From: Chthoniobacterales bacterium | Lineage (GTDB): Bacteria; Verrucomicrobiota; Verrucomicrobiia; Chthoniobacterales; UBA10450 | Assembly: GCA_035568735.1 (NCBI GenBank) | Contig: DATMNS010000208.1 | Span: forward strand, 1 to 40,662 | Length of the DNA: 40,662 nt | Reading direction: 5' to 3' | Shown here: one piece after another, positions 8,885 to 17,136 of the stretch | How the letters are laid out: every line of letters begins with the position of its first letter | Numbering within the stretch: position 1 is the first letter of the stretch | Notes under the pieces: model-generated | What the model was told of the DNA's origin: nothing | Database searches by the model: none | Seen by the model: only the letters and a program-made list of their open reading frames with translations | Translations under genes and position numbers: made by a program

Positions 8885-9952
8885 TCAGCTTTCGGAAGGG
8901 CGGAGCGAAGCTTCCGGCAACTCGGCCGCGCGCCTCATTCGCTCCCCCGCCGAAACGAACCAGCCGCTAAAATCGTCGACGTGCCCCGCAATGATCTCCT
9001 CCCCGGCAGCCACCTGCTCCCGTCGCAGCGCGAGTGACTGCTGTGCGATCGATTGCAGCGAATCAATGTCGTATAAAAACACGCCTTCCATCTCGTTCAC
9101 GTCCGGCGCGACGTCGCGCGGGACCGCGATGTCGATGATGAACAACGGCCGGTCGAGGCGGTCGTGCAGGAGCGGCGCAAGATTTTCTCGGGTCACGATT
9201 GGCGTTCCCGCCGCCGTCGAGGAAATCAAAATATCCACCTCGCGGCAGTGCGTTTCCCACTCCTCCATCGCGACCGCCCGGCCGCAGATCAGCGCCGCGA
9301 GCGACTCGGCCCGGTCCAGCGAGCGATTCGTGACCCGGATGTCGCGCACGCCCCGCTTCAACAAAGCCCGCGCGGTTCGTTCGCTCGCTGCGCCAGCGCC
9401 CAGCAACAGCACCTTCCGGGTCTCGAAGTTGCCGAAGATCTGTTCCGCCAAATCGACCGCAACCGAGCCAACCGAAACCGCGCCGCGAGTGATATCCGTC
9501 CGAGTGCGCACTTGCTTCGCGACACGAAACGCGGACTGAAAAAGCCGGTGCAAGTAGGGACCTGCGGCACCGGATTCACGCGCGGCAGCGTAGGCTTTTT
9601 TTGCCTGGCCGAGGATTTCGGTCTCGCCGATAACCATCGAATCGAGCCCGGAAGCGACGCGAAACAGGTGCTGCACACATTGCTGCGCTTCGTGTCGGTA
9701 GAAAAACTCCGTTTCGTCCTGCGCCGGAGTCATGCCGGGGCCGAGCAGACAACGCACGATGCGCTCGGTCGCCACCGGTACCTCCGCCGCGGCATAAACT
9801 TCCACCCGATTGCAGGTCGTGAGCAAAAGCGCCTCGGTGCAGCCGGCTTCCTCGCGCAGCTTCCGATCGACCGCAGCGTGCCCGACGAAGCGCTCGCGCG
9901 TCTCGACGGTTGCCGTGTGATGACTGAGGCCGACGCAGAAAAGTTTTTTCAC
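8885..9952 (-). CDS. hemA: Glutamyl-tRNA reductase
   Basis: VKKLFCVGLSHHTATVETRERF...TCNRVEVY... are HemA N-terminal motifs, followed by an NADPH Rossmann segment VLLLGAGAASE. GTG at 9952 overlaps the upstream gene's stop (ctGTGA). The longer listed ORF, to 10096, runs antisense-free through the upstream gene and is unlikely. Confidence 0.85.
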   Translation of the reverse strand: MKKLFCVGLSHHTATVETRERFVGHAAVDRKLREEAGCTEALLLTTCNRVEVYAAAEVPVATERIVRCLLGPGMTPAQDETEFFYRHEAQQCVQHLFRVASGLDSMVIGETEILGQAKKAYAAARESGAAGPYLHRLFQSAFRVAKQVRTRTDITRGAVSVGSVAVDLAEQIFGNFETRKVLLLGAGAASERTARALLKRGVRDIRVTNRSLDRAESLAALICGRAVAMEEWETHCREVDILISSTAAGTPIVTRENLAPLLHDRLDRPLFIIDIAVPRDVAPDVNEMEGVFLYDIDSLQSIAQQSLALRREQVAAGEEIIAGHVDDFSGWFVSAGERMRRAAELPEASLRPSES

Positions 9953-10740
9953 AGTGTATGGGTTGACGAAAGGAACGTAATACCCCAGAGCAACGTCAGC
10001 GCGGCGCTGAAGGCCACGACGCAGAGCGCCGCGATCCGGCGCGGGGCGGTCGTGCCCAAGTGGCGCGCGAGCAGGATGGCGGCGTAAAAAATCCACACGC
10101 CTAACGACCAGGCGATCTTGACGTAAGGCAATGGCTGACCGGTGAAGAATCCGGCCGCGATGCCCACCGTCAGCAAAATGAACCCGAGCCAGAGAAGCCG
10201 GGTGATCGCGGCGAAGAGATCAGTGAGCGGCGGGAAATGATAAAACATCGAATGGAGCTGACGCGTCTTGAGCTGACGCTCTTGCAGCAAATACATCAGC
10301 CCCGCAACGCAGGCGAGCGCGAACGCGCCGTAGGCGATGAGAGAAACCGAGGCATGCAATTCCAGGCACGGCGTGGGCGCGACCGGCATTGGATGCGGGC
10401 GGTCAATCGGCACGAGGAGAGCAAACGCTTGCAAGCCGAAGACCAGCGGCGCGGTGAAAGCGCCCATCAGCGAAAGCCGGTAAGCCGGCCCGATGAGCAG
10501 GTAAATGACTGAAACGGACCAGGCCAGAAAGACGAAAACCTCGAAGAGATTGGTCAATGGACAGCGCCCGAGAGCGTGTCCGCGCACCGAAAGAAAAGCC
10601 GTCTGAAAGACGAAGCCGAGCGCGATCGCGAAGAAGTTGAAACCGACCGCGTGATAGGTCCGCGCTTTGATCGCGACCGCGGTCCGCACCATTGCGAAAA
10701 AGAAACACAGGGTTGAGACGATGAGCAGAGTGCGATCCAT
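9949..10740 (-). CDS. CcsA-like cytochrome c assembly family membrane protein (HemX-type, as in hemAXCD operons)
   Basis: Only the last 263 codons of the 573-aa ORF look real. They start at MDRTLLIVSTLCFFF (ATG 10740) and contain about 8 TM helices. Position directly upstream of hemA matches the HemX/CcsA-like gene of hemAXCD operons. Confidence 0.8.
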   Translation of the reverse strand: MDRTLLIVSTLCFFFAMVRTAVAIKARTYHAVGFNFFAIALGFVFQTAFLSVRGHALGRCPLTNLFEVFVFLAWSVSVIYLLIGPAYRLSLMGAFTAPLVFGLQAFALLVPIDRPHPMPVAPTPCLELHASVSLIAYGAFALACVAGLMYLLQERQLKTRQLHSMFYHFPPLTDLFAAITRLLWLGFILLTVGIAAGFFTGQPLPYVKIAWSLGVWIFYAAILLARHLGTTAPRRIAALCVVAFSAALTLLWGITFLSSTHTL

Positions 10741-10830
10741 CGCCCCGGAGTGTAAAAGGCCGGGCGACGCTTGGCAATCAGCCTTCCGTTTCCTGTCTCG
10801 GCGCGATTCCTGCTTTCCAATAGGCTGTCG

Positions 10831-11034
10831 ATGAAAACGTTGGCGCGCAGATCCAGCGGGAACAAGAACACGGCAGACGAAGTCGAGGGCCTCCGCCGAG
10901 TGCTTGACCAAAGTTACGCGCAATTGCGCGAACGAGCGCGTGCGGAATGGCAACGCAAACACTCCGATCTCGACCCGAGCGATGCCTGTGTCCGCGTCTG
11001 TATCCGGGGCAACGGACAGTCGGTCCTGACGTAA
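10831..11034 (+). CDS. Possible small hypothetical protein (67 aa, coiled-coil-like)
   Basis: MKTLARRSSGNKNTADEVEGLRRVLDQSYAQLRERARAEWQRKH... GC3 is about 70% by my hand count, similar to neighbouring genes. A hairpin plus T-tract lies about 90 nt downstream. No clear SD and no family recognised. Confidence 0.25.
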   Translation: MKTLARRSSGNKNTADEVEGLRRVLDQSYAQLRERARAEWQRKHSDLDPSDACVRVCIRGNGQSVLT

Positions 11035-11123
11035 TCGACACGCCCGGGCTGGGTCTACTTGCCACCGGTGGGAATGTTCACCGCGACCGTTTCGAAATTC
11101 TCCGAAACAGCGACGCGACGCAT

Positions 11124-11147
11124 GCCGTTGAGGAAACGGCTGATTTT
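11124..11147 (+). terminator. Candidate intrinsic terminator (GCCGTT-gagga-AACGGC + TGATTTT)
   Basis: 6-bp perfect stem at 11124-11129 / 11135-11140, a 5-nt loop, followed by tgatttt. Confidence 0.3.
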
Positions 11148-11213
11148 CCACCCCCTGAAACTGAGCGGAGGCTATGCCCGGGAAGATCGGCCGAAAGACG
11201 CTGCGAGTGCCCG

Positions 11214-11241
11214 TTGACCTTTTAACTCGAACCGGTAGCCT
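11214..11241 (+). promoter_or_regulatory. Candidate apt promoter (TTGACC - 16 nt - TAGCCT), placing the TSS at or near the apt ATG (leaderless?)
   Basis: TTGACC at 11214-11219 and TAGCCT at 11236-11241. ATG at 11248 is 7 nt after the -10 element. No SD precedes the ATG. Confidence 0.25.
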
Positions 11242-11247
11242 GCCGAG

Positions 11248-11778
11248 ATGGTTGCTGATTCGATCGCTCGTTTGCGTGCGGGCATTCGCGACGTGCCAAA
11301 TTTTCCGAAGCATGGCATCGTCTTCAAGGACATCACGCCGATCTTGGTAAACGCCCGGCTTTTCCAGGAATCGATCGATGTTTTTCTCGAACGCTGCCGC
11401 ACCCTGCCAATCGACAAAGTGGTCGGGATCGACGCGCGCGGTTTTCTCTTCGGCTCCGCCGTCGCCTATGCGCTCGGGGTCGGCTTCGTGCCGATCCGCA
11501 AAAAAGGCAAGCTCCCGTTCAAGACGGCGAGCGCGGCTTATTCGCTCGAATACGGCGACGCCGAGATGGAAATGCATGTGGATAGCATCGAGCCCGGCGA
11601 GAAGATCGTCCTCATCGATGACCTGCTTGCGACCGGGGGAACGTCGGCGGCAGCCGCGGCGCTGATCCAAAAAGCCGGCGGGGAGTTGCTCGAGGCGCAG
11701 TTCTTGATCGAGCTGGAATTTCTACATGGCCGCGTCAAGCTCGACCCGACACCGGTCGTGACGTTTCTCAAGTTTTGA
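11248..11778 (+). CDS. apt: Adenine phosphoribosyltransferase
   Basis: 176 aa. ...FPKHGIVFKDITPIL... and the PRPP-binding motif IVLIDDLLATGGT are both present. Confidence 0.95.
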   Translation: MVADSIARLRAGIRDVPNFPKHGIVFKDITPILVNARLFQESIDVFLERCRTLPIDKVVGIDARGFLFGSAVAYALGVGFVPIRKKGKLPFKTASAAYSLEYGDAEMEMHVDSIEPGEKIVLIDDLLATGGTSAAAAALIQKAGGELLEAQFLIELEFLHGRVKLDPTPVVTFLKF

Positions 11779-11794
11779 CCGTGGTTAAACCAAA

Positions 11795-12226
11795 TCAGCC
11801 GCAGGCGCAGCCGGCGCCGCAGCGGCCGCTGCGATCTTCCACGATCACTTCCACCTGGATCTCCTGCAGCGCGAGCTGATCGTGGATCGCGTTGAGCAGG
11901 TCGAGCGCGCGGCCTAACGGCATCTCCGCGCAGCGCAGCTCGATCCGCGCATTCTTGTCCGACAGCTCGGGGTGCGCTTCGGCCAGTTCGCCGTCGAGCA
12001 AGAACGAAACGTAGGCGTTGAACTTTTCCTGGAGCTGAAAAAGCTGCTCATCGGAGCCATCCCACGGGCGCGGCTCGAACATCACGAGGAGCACTTCGTC
12101 GGTCTTCGCCTCGTGCGCGAAGAAATCGATGACCCCGGTCTGCTCGAGGCCGCCAGGTGGAGCGGCGGCCGGGTCGGCCGCAGGCCCGGAAGACATCTCA
12201 GGCTCCGTTTCAGATTTCTCTCCCAT
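11795..12226 (-). CDS. Hypothetical acidic protein with a Cys/Gly C-terminal tail (…RSGRCGAGCACG)
   Basis: The ORF is open to a TTG at 12265. ATG candidates are at 12226 (MGEKSE…) and 12196 (MSSGPAADP…). The latter has GGAG 6 nt upstream. No family confidently recognised. Confidence 0.6.
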   Translation of the reverse strand: MGEKSETEPEMSSGPAADPAAAPPGGLEQTGVIDFFAHEAKTDEVLLVMFEPRPWDGSDEQLFQLQEKFNAYVSFLLDGELAEAHPELSDKNARIELRCAEMPLGRALDLLNAIHDQLALQEIQVEVIVEDRSGRCGAGCACG

Positions 12227-12289
12227 CGGGAGCGCGACCTTACGGAAAGCTTGGTGATTTCGCAACGACCCGCTAGGATAAATTGTGCC

Positions 12290-13153
12290 ATGCGAAAATC
12301 ACCTCTCGCGCTCGTCGCACTCGCGATAGCCGGGACGCTGCCCGCTTCCGGGCAGTTCACTCCCGGGTTCGTCACCAACAGCGGCTACTGGAACGACGGC
12401 AAGGCCGAGTTCAACATCTACGACGCGCGGATCGTTCGAGACGGCCAGCCGCGCCAGACCGAGGTGCTCCACATCCTGGTGCGCGAGCCCTTCGACCTGA
12501 GGCAGATGGTCAAACCAGACAACTGGCAACGCCCCAACGTCATCCAGGTGCTGAAGATGAATCAGATTCTGCACATCCCGACGGGCCTCTACGTCTTTCA
12601 ACAGATGCATTCCAACTTTTGGCGCGCCGATAACGCGCGGCTGGCCAAGTTTTCCCTCACCAGCAACGACAGTTGCGGCAACACCTACAAGGAAGCGCGG
12701 CGTGGCGGCGAGGTTTTCACCTGCCAATGGCACACTTACTGGGATGGAATGGCCGAGGGCCGGGAAAAAGTGCGGCTTCCGCCTAACGGATTCTTTTACG
12801 ATGAGTTGCCGCTTCGAGTGCGGACGATCGATTTCTCGAAAGGAAGCGGCGACTTTGCGATCCAGCTCGCCCCGACCATCATCAACTCGAAGAAGGACAA
12901 CCTCGTCTGGAAACCGGCCAAGGTGCACTTCGAATCCACCAACCGGGCGATCTACGTCAGCGTCGAGCACGCGGCGGGGACCGACCGCTTCATGCTCGGC
13001 CGCGGGTTCCCGCATCTCCTGCGTGAGTGGGCGGCGGCCGATGGCAGCCGCCTGACCTTAAAACGAAGTCTGAAGATCGATTACTGGAACTACCACAACC
13101 TCGGCGACCGCAAGCGCGCGCTCCTCAATTCGCTCCCGGCACGTCCGGACTAA
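12290..13153 (+). CDS. Hypothetical secreted protein
   Basis: The in-frame ATG at 12290 gives [22 protein letters not shown]…, a signal-peptide-like N-terminus. The upstream part of the 393-aa ORF is antisense to the previous gene. 287 aa. No family recognised. Confidence 0.7.
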   Translation: MRKSPLALVALAIAGTLPASGQFTPGFVTNSGYWNDGKAEFNIYDARIVRDGQPRQTEVLHILVREPFDLRQMVKPDNWQRPNVIQVLKMNQILHIPTGLYVFQQMHSNFWRADNARLAKFSLTSNDSCGNTYKEARRGGEVFTCQWHTYWDGMAEGREKVRLPPNGFFYDELPLRVRTIDFSKGSGDFAIQLAPTIINSKKDNLVWKPAKVHFESTNRAIYVSVEHAAGTDRFMLGRGFPHLLREWAAADGSRLTLKRSLKIDYWNYHNLGDRKRALLNSLPARPD

Positions 13154-13216
13154 CGAAGGGCGAACTTTCGCTTCAACTTCGGATTGAAGCGCGGTTAACG
13201 AACTGTAGCTTTCCCG

Positions 13217-13639
13217 GTGGCGAAGAAGACGGTTAACAAACGACTCACCCTCCTCGGTCGGAGCGAGACCCGGATCCCGGCTGCTCCTTCCGCCGCAACC
13301 CTCGAGACCTTTGCGAATCCCGCGCGCCGGCCCTATTGGATCCGGTTTCACTCCGCGGATTTCACCTCGCTCTGTCCCATCACCGGTCAGGCGGATTTCG
13401 CGACGATCACGATCGACTACCTGCCCGGCGCCCGCTGCCTCGAAACCAAATCGCTTAAGTTCTATCTTGCCTCCTATCGCAACGAGCGGGCTTTCAACGA
13501 AAGCGTCGCGAACCGCATTCTGGACGATCTCGTTAGGGCGTGCGCGCCGCGGAAGATGACCATCGAAGCCGAATTCGCCGCCCGCGGCGGCATCACGCTC
13601 ACCATCACCGCCAGTCACCCGGACGTGTCCGCGCGATGA
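13217..13639 (+). CDS. queF: NADPH-dependent 7-cyano-7-deazaguanine (preQ0) reductase
   Basis: …LETFANP…[20 protein letters not shown]…[14 protein letters not shown]… are QueF type I motifs, including the catalytic Cys. GTG start. Confidence 0.9.
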   Translation: MAKKTVNKRLTLLGRSETRIPAAPSAATLETFANPARRPYWIRFHSADFTSLCPITGQADFATITIDYLPGARCLETKSLKFYLASYRNERAFNESVANRILDDLVRACAPRKMTIEAEFAARGGITLTITASHPDVSAR

Positions 13640-14319
13640 AGCGCGCCGTCGTGCTGCTTAGCGGCGGCCTCGACTCGGCCACCGTGCTCGCGCTTTGCCG
13701 CGCCGAAAACTACGCGGCCTACGCGCTTTCTTTTCGCTATGGCCAGCGCCACGAGCGCGAAATCGCGGCCGCCAGGCGCATCGCAAAATCGTTAGGCACA
13801 ACGGAGCATCGCATCGCCGAGATCGATCTGCGGCTGTTCGGCGGATCCGCCCTGACGGCTGACCTGGCCGTGCCGAAAGCGCGCTCCGAAGTAGAAATGG
13901 CCGCGGGCGTCCCAATCACCTACGTGCCGGCCCGGAACACCATCTTCCTCTCCTACGCGCTGGCCTGGGCCGAAGTGCTCGGCGCGACGGATATTTATCT
14001 CGGCGTGAACGCAGTCGATTACAGCGGGTATCCCGATTGCCGGCCGGAGTTCATCCGCGCGTTTGAACGACTGGCGAATCTTGCCACCCGCGCCGGCGTC
14101 GAGGGCGCGCGCTTCGAGATTCACGCCCCGCTCCTCGCTCTTTCCAAGGCGCAGATCATTCAACGCGGGTCGGAACTCGGGGTCGACTTTTCTCTCACGC
14201 ATAGCTGTTACGACCCGACTCCGGACGGTCTCGCCTGCGGGGAATGCGATTCCTGCCAGCTCCGGCGCCGAGGCTTTCGCGAAGCCGGCCGGGAAGATTC
14301 GATTCGTTACGCACGATGA
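13636..14319 (+). CDS. queC: 7-cyano-7-deazaguanine synthase
   Basis: [17 protein letters not shown] is a PP-loop. The C-terminal Zn cysteines are present (SCYD…CGECDSC). The ATG overlaps the queF stop (ATGA). Confidence 0.95.
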   Translation: MKRAVVLLSGGLDSATVLALCRAENYAAYALSFRYGQRHEREIAAARRIAKSLGTTEHRIAEIDLRLFGGSALTADLAVPKARSEVEMAAGVPITYVPARNTIFLSYALAWAEVLGATDIYLGVNAVDYSGYPDCRPEFIRAFERLANLATRAGVEGARFEIHAPLLALSKAQIIQRGSELGVDFSLTHSCYDPTPDGLACGECDSCQLRRRGFREAGREDSIRYAR

Positions 14320-14516
14320 ACCTGCGCGCCAGGCTCGGCATGTTCGTCCTCACCCGCCAGGAACAGCGCGCGATTGCATTCATCGTGCTCATGCTGGTGC
14401 TCGGCCTGGCGACCAGGCATTATCGTCACAGGCATCCGAAATCCGCGAACTCGCCTAACGAAACAGTCCGGGCGGTGCCGACGCCGACGCTGGCGCCGGC
14501 CAAAAACCCGCCGTAA
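14316..14516 (+). CDS. Small hypothetical membrane protein (66 aa)
   Basis: The ATG overlaps the queC stop (ATGA), suggesting translational coupling. One TM helix, [15 protein letters not shown]. No family recognised. Confidence 0.45.
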   Translation: MNLRARLGMFVLTRQEQRAIAFIVLMLVLGLATRHYRHRHPKSANSPNETVRAVPTPTLAPAKNPP

Positions 14517-14552
14517 CCCTCTCTGTCCCCTCGCGCCGAGTCGAAGCCGGCG

Positions 14553-15653
14553 CTACAGCCCGGGGATGCGGCCGTAGCCGACGAATCGCGGCTGGCCCTG
14601 AGAGGAAGGCCCATCTTTCGAGGGCGCCGTTTTGAAATCGAACACGCTCACACCAAAACGCTCTTTCCCGTGAAAGGTCCGACCATCGCTCGCTCCGATC
14701 ATGATTGGTTTTCCCGATTCCTTTTCCCTGCCGAGGTAAATCATGGTGTGCGTGACTGGCGGATCGCGCTCCACGCTGTAGGTGCCGGTCCAGAAAAGCA
14801 GATCGCCCGGCTTGAGTTCGTCGAGTTCGAAGGAATCGAGATCACGGCTCAGAACGGCGCGGAAATTCCCCGCTTTGCGGACCCAGACATATTGTTCGCT
14901 GGCATCCCGCGGGACGTCGGGCACACCGTTTTCGCGCAAGAGGTAGTAGATGAATCCGGAGCAATCCATCCCGCCGCCCGCGGGATCGGCGGAGCCGTAG
15001 AGGTAGCCGAGGTTGCGCTTCGTTAGGTCGAGCGCGTCCCCGAGTAGTTTCTGCACGGCTGCAGGATTCTTGTCGTAACCTTCAATCTCGTCCGGCGAGA
15101 CCGCGGCGACCCGCTTCTCCGGGCTGGGTGATTCTTCGGGTTTTGGCGTGGGTGTTTTTCTCGGACTGGGCGAGGCGCTCGGGGACGGACTCGGCGAGGG
15201 TTTTTTGCGTTTCGGTTTGGGCGTTTCCTCTTCGTCGGGAGTGGGCGTGGGTGTTTTTCTCGGACTGGGTGAAGCGCTCGGGGACGGACTCGGCGAGGGG
15301 TTTTTTCGTTTTGGTTTGGGCGTTTCCTCTTCTTCGGGAGTGGGCGTGGGAAAACTCTTGTGTAGGCGCTTCGCGGTCGATTTTGGAGCAGCGCTGGGGG
15401 ACGGCGACGGTGTCGGACTGCTCTTCTTGGTCACGCGCTTGTGCGGCCGATGGCTCGGCGTCGGGGTCGGCGTCGCGAGGAATTTCCTAATCTTCGCGCC
15501 TAACGAAGGTTCTTCCGCGCCCACCCCTTGCGTCGGCCCGAGAGAGATAAGAAGAAGGAGGGTGATCGCTCCGACGTCCAGCCGATTCGTTAGGCGAAGA
15601 ATCACGCGCCGATTGTTCCTTGTCATGCCGGGCGAAGTAGAGGGATTTCGCAT
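14553..15653 (-). CDS. NlpC/P60 (C40) family cell-wall peptidase with a Pro/Ser/Thr/Lys-rich repeat linker
   Basis: The C-terminal domain has …GGMDCSGFIYYLL…HTMIYLG… (Cys/His catalytic motifs). There is an N-terminal signal/TM segment. An alternative ATG lies at 15626. Confidence 0.85.
   Translation of the reverse strand: MRNPSTSPGMTRNNRRVILRLTNRLDVGAITLLLLISLGPTQGVGAEEPSLGAKIRKFLATPTPTPSHRPHKRVTKKSSPTPSPSPSAAPKSTAKRLHKSFPTPTPEEEETPKPKRKNPSPSPSPSASPSPRKTPTPTPDEEETPKPKRKKPSPSPSPSASPSPRKTPTPKPEESPSPEKRVAAVSPDEIEGYDKNPAAVQKLLGDALDLTKRNLGYLYGSADPAGGGMDCSGFIYYLLRENGVPDVPRDASEQYVWVRKAGNFRAVLSRDLDSFELDELKPGDLLFWTGTYSVERDPPVTHTMIYLGREKESGKPIMIGASDGRTFHGKERFGVSVFDFKTAPSKDGPSSQGQPRFVGYGRIPGL
15145..15352. 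repeat. Tandem 99-bp direct repeat (about 2.1 copies) inside the NlpC/P60 gene
   Basis: Unit ggcgtgggtgtttttctcggactggg… starts at 15145 and again at 15244, with a partial third copy from 15343. The few mismatches are in-frame (33 aa: TPTP.EEETPKPKRK.PSPSPSPSASPSPRK). Confidence 0.85.
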
Positions 15654-15715
15654 CCAGAGAGATCGGTCCCGATCCTGCCGGTGGACGCGTTTCCGGGGAG
15701 CGCGCGCTCCCTCGC

Positions 15716-17059
15716 CTACCGCCCGCCCGTCCCGATCTCCTGCAGGATCGCCTTGTTCATCTTGATCCCCGCCTCCAAATTCTCGAGCGGGAAGTTTTCG
15801 TTAGGCGAGTGCGCCCGGCAGTTGGGCAGCGCGAGCCCGAGAAGCAGCGTCTCGACCCCGAGAATGTCGCGAAACTGCGAAACGATCGGGATGCTGCCGC
15901 CTTCGCGGATGAGCGCGACTTCAGCCTTGAAGGCCTCCTTTAGGGCGTATTGCGCGGCTTGGCCAAACTGCGAATGCGGGTCGGTCAGATACCAGGGGCC
16001 GCTGTGCCCGTCGGTGATCTCCATCGTCACTCCGGGCGGCAGATGTTTTTCCAAATGCTGGTGCGCCAATTTCAAAATCGCATCGCCATTTTGGTTGGGC
16101 ACGAGGCGAAAAGTCAGCTTGACCATCGCGTGACTCGCGATCACCGTTTTCGTTCCCTTCCCCTGATAGCCGCCGCCGATGCCGTTGATCTCCGCCGTCG
16201 GCCGCGCCCAAAGCCGCTCCAGGGTACTGAAGCCGTTCTCGCCGAAGAGCGCCGGCGCGCCGGTCTCAGCGAGAATTTCCTTGTCGGCATTGATCGGCAG
16301 CTTGCGCCAGGCTTCCCGCTCCCATTCTTCGAGCGGCTTCACGTCGTCATAAAAGCCATTGATCGCGACATGGCCGCTATCGTCGTGCAGGGTGGCGAGC
16401 AGTCGCGCCAGGGCGGTGACCGAATTGGCCACCGCGCCGCCGAAAACTCCCGAATGCAAATCCATCTTCGCGCCCGTCACTTTCACTTCGCACGCCGTCA
16501 CGCCGCGCAGTCCGTAGCTCAGCGTCGGCACGCCGCGCGCGATCATGCCCGTGTCGGAAACCACCGCCACGTCACACTTCAACGCGGCGCGATGCTCCTG
16601 CAAGAAACCGGGAAGATTGTTGCTCCCGATCTCTTCTTCGCCCTCGATGATCAGGTGCAGGTTGACCGGCAGGTCGCCGTGTTCGGCCATCACTTCCTCG
16701 ATGCCAAGAATGTGGGCTAGAATCTGGCCTTTGTTGTCCGTCGCGCCCCGCGCATAGACGTAGCCGTCTTTCAGCACGGGATCGAACGGCGGCGACTCCC
16801 AAAGCTCGAGCGGATCGGGCGGTTGCACGTCATAGTGTCCGTAAAGCATGACGGTTTTGCGGCCCGGTTGATGTTTGTTCTTCGCCCAGACCACCGGGTG
16901 ACCCGGGGTGGAAACGAGCTGCGCCTCGAGGCCGATACCGTTTAGCTTTTCGACGAGCCAACGGGCGCACTCGCCGAGCTTCTCGGCATATGCGTCGTCG
17001 GTCGAGACACTGGGAAACCGCAGGAAGGCATAAAAATCTTGGAGATGAGAATCGCGCAT
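15716..17059 (-). CDS. M20 family metallopeptidase (dipeptidase / ArgE-DapE-CPG2 type)
   Basis: …LRFPSVSTD…YGHYDVQPP…GATDNKG…EGEEEIGS… are M20 signatures. I prefer the ATG at 17059 (MRDSHLQDF…) to the TTG at 17092. Confidence 0.85.
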   Translation of the reverse strand: MRDSHLQDFYAFLRFPSVSTDDAYAEKLGECARWLVEKLNGIGLEAQLVSTPGHPVVWAKNKHQPGRKTVMLYGHYDVQPPDPLELWESPPFDPVLKDGYVYARGATDNKGQILAHILGIEEVMAEHGDLPVNLHLIIEGEEEIGSNNLPGFLQEHRAALKCDVAVVSDTGMIARGVPTLSYGLRGVTACEVKVTGAKMDLHSGVFGGAVANSVTALARLLATLHDDSGHVAINGFYDDVKPLEEWEREAWRKLPINADKEILAETGAPALFGENGFSTLERLWARPTAEINGIGGGYQGKGTKTVIASHAMVKLTFRLVPNQNGDAILKLAHQHLEKHLPPGVTMEITDGHSGPWYLTDPHSQFGQAAQYALKEAFKAEVALIREGGSIPIVSQFRDILGVETLLLGLALPNCRAHSPNENFPLENLEAGIKMNKAILQEIGTGGR

Positions 17060-17136
17060 CACGAAGAGTAGAACAGCTTGGCGCGACGACAACTAACGAC
17101 TTGCCGGAGCGACGCGGCTCGCGCAGCCTGCGGCCC

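Noticed and set aside
10741-11670. N-terminal 310 codons of the 573-aa minus-strand ORF 9949-11670
   Set aside because: This part is antisense to apt and crosses the spacer. Only the membrane-protein portion from the ATG at 10740 looks like a real protein.
13171-13189. Hairpin CTTCAA-cttcgga-TTGAAG upstream of queF considered as a preQ1 riboswitch
   Set aside because: It lacks the A-rich tail and conserved loop nucleotides that I associate with preQ1-I/II aptamers. It is more likely a weak terminator for the upstream gene, or nothing.
15145-15352. Repeats considered as a possible CRISPR array or minisatellite outside genes
   Set aside because: The units are directly adjacent with no spacers. 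They are in-frame within the NlpC/P60 CDS and encode a PT/SP linker.
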